This document shows, in pieces, positions 63,026-64,000 of a stretch of DNA of 64,000 nucleotides. Within the stretch, counting starts at the first letter, position 1. Each line of letters starts with the position of its first letter. The position numbers were made by a program, and so were the translations under genes. The notes under the pieces were generated by a model that saw only the letters and a program-made list of their open reading frames with translations, was not told the DNA's origin and did no database searches. Origin of the DNA: Eledone cirrhosa (lineage: Eukaryota); assembly GCA_964016885.1 (NCBI GenBank), contig OZ024760.1:9982001-10046000 (forward strand). Direction: 5' to 3'.

Positions 63026-63447
63026 ATACTTGGGGAGGGTCATATTTGTGTAATATTGCCAGAATTAATAACAGAACACACTCACTGTTTGGTTGGTTTT
63101 CGCTTCTCGCTGTCTTTTATATCTGCGATCTAACTTACTCGGTCCTCAATGTTGCCATTGACTGACCGACGGTCAAAAATAATACAGATACAATATAGAC
63201 ACAAACACATATATATAGTTTACATAATTTACATAAATCTTTCGTTGCACATCTGCAACATCGTCAGTGGTGTTATATTTTTTCCTCCTGTTGTGTTGTA
63301 TGTCTACGCCATTTTTTATTCAGTCTTAAGTTAGATCGCAGATATAAAAGACAGCGAGAAGCGAAAACCAACCAAACAGTGAGTGTGTTCTGTTATTAAT
63401 TCTGGCAATATTATACAAATATGACCCTCCCCAAGTATAACAATATT
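63020..63447. repeat. Inverted repeat (~118-bp arms, ~190-bp spacer) between (TA)n tracts
   Basis: Arm ..GACCCTCCCCAAGTATAACAATAT; single-arm relatives at ~5865-5978 and ~7940-8030, each abutting (TA)n. Confidence 0.85.
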
Positions 63448-63489
63448 TGTTTCGACACACGATTTCATATAAAAAACCTCGCTAAACTA

Positions 63490-63528
<39 letters not shown>

Positions 63529-63559
63529 TATATACATATATATATACATATATATATAC

Positions 63560-63692
<133 letters not shown>

Positions 63693-63861
63693 TATACATA
63701 CATGTATATAGAAGATAGAATGAGAAATAAAAGATGAAATAGAAAGATAGAGAGGGAGAAGTGGAGGTTATAGAATAAGAATTGAGGAAACAGAGAGAGG
63801 GAGGGAAAAGAGAGACTCACACGTACATACACACACTCACACACCCTCACATACACATACC

Positions 63862-63912
<51 letters not shown>

Positions 63913-63916
<4 letters not shown>

Positions 63917-64000
63917 GTTTCTACTTTTGGCACAAGGCCAGCAATTACCCAGTGCATTACTGGTACTTTATTTTATCGACCCCGTAAGGATGAAAGGCAA
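63913..64000 (-). mobile_element. Family-A SINE 3' part (runs off window)
   Basis: Family match. Confidence 0.8.

Overview
Eukaryotic, AT-rich, very microsatellite-dense genomic DNA. The SINE and repeat content resembles an octopus/cephalopod genome (inference, not checked). Almost all ORFs in the track are translations of (TA)n, (CA)n, (CATA)n or trinucleotide tracts. Real coding content: (1) a first coding exon of a secreted TGF-beta-family ligand (15058-16057, +) with a long Thr/Asn/Ser homopolymer insert, with no downstream exon recognised in the remaining ~48 kb; (2) a head-to-tail dimer of full-length, near-identical Tx1-clade (L1 group) LINEs (43517-55606) in a (TTA)n tract that is also the 3' tail of an oppositely oriented R4/Dong-like element; (3) decayed Penelope-like, RTE, CRE-like and further Tx1 fragments. 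Recurring theme: each retroelement family sits in its own microsatellite type (Tx1 in ATT or ATCT, Dong in TAA, CRE-like in CA, RTE-like non-autonomous in CATA, Penelope-like ends in TA). Many short Penelope-like ends carry minimal hammerhead-ribozyme motifs or form foldback palindromes, and several minisatellites visibly arose from retroelement pieces.
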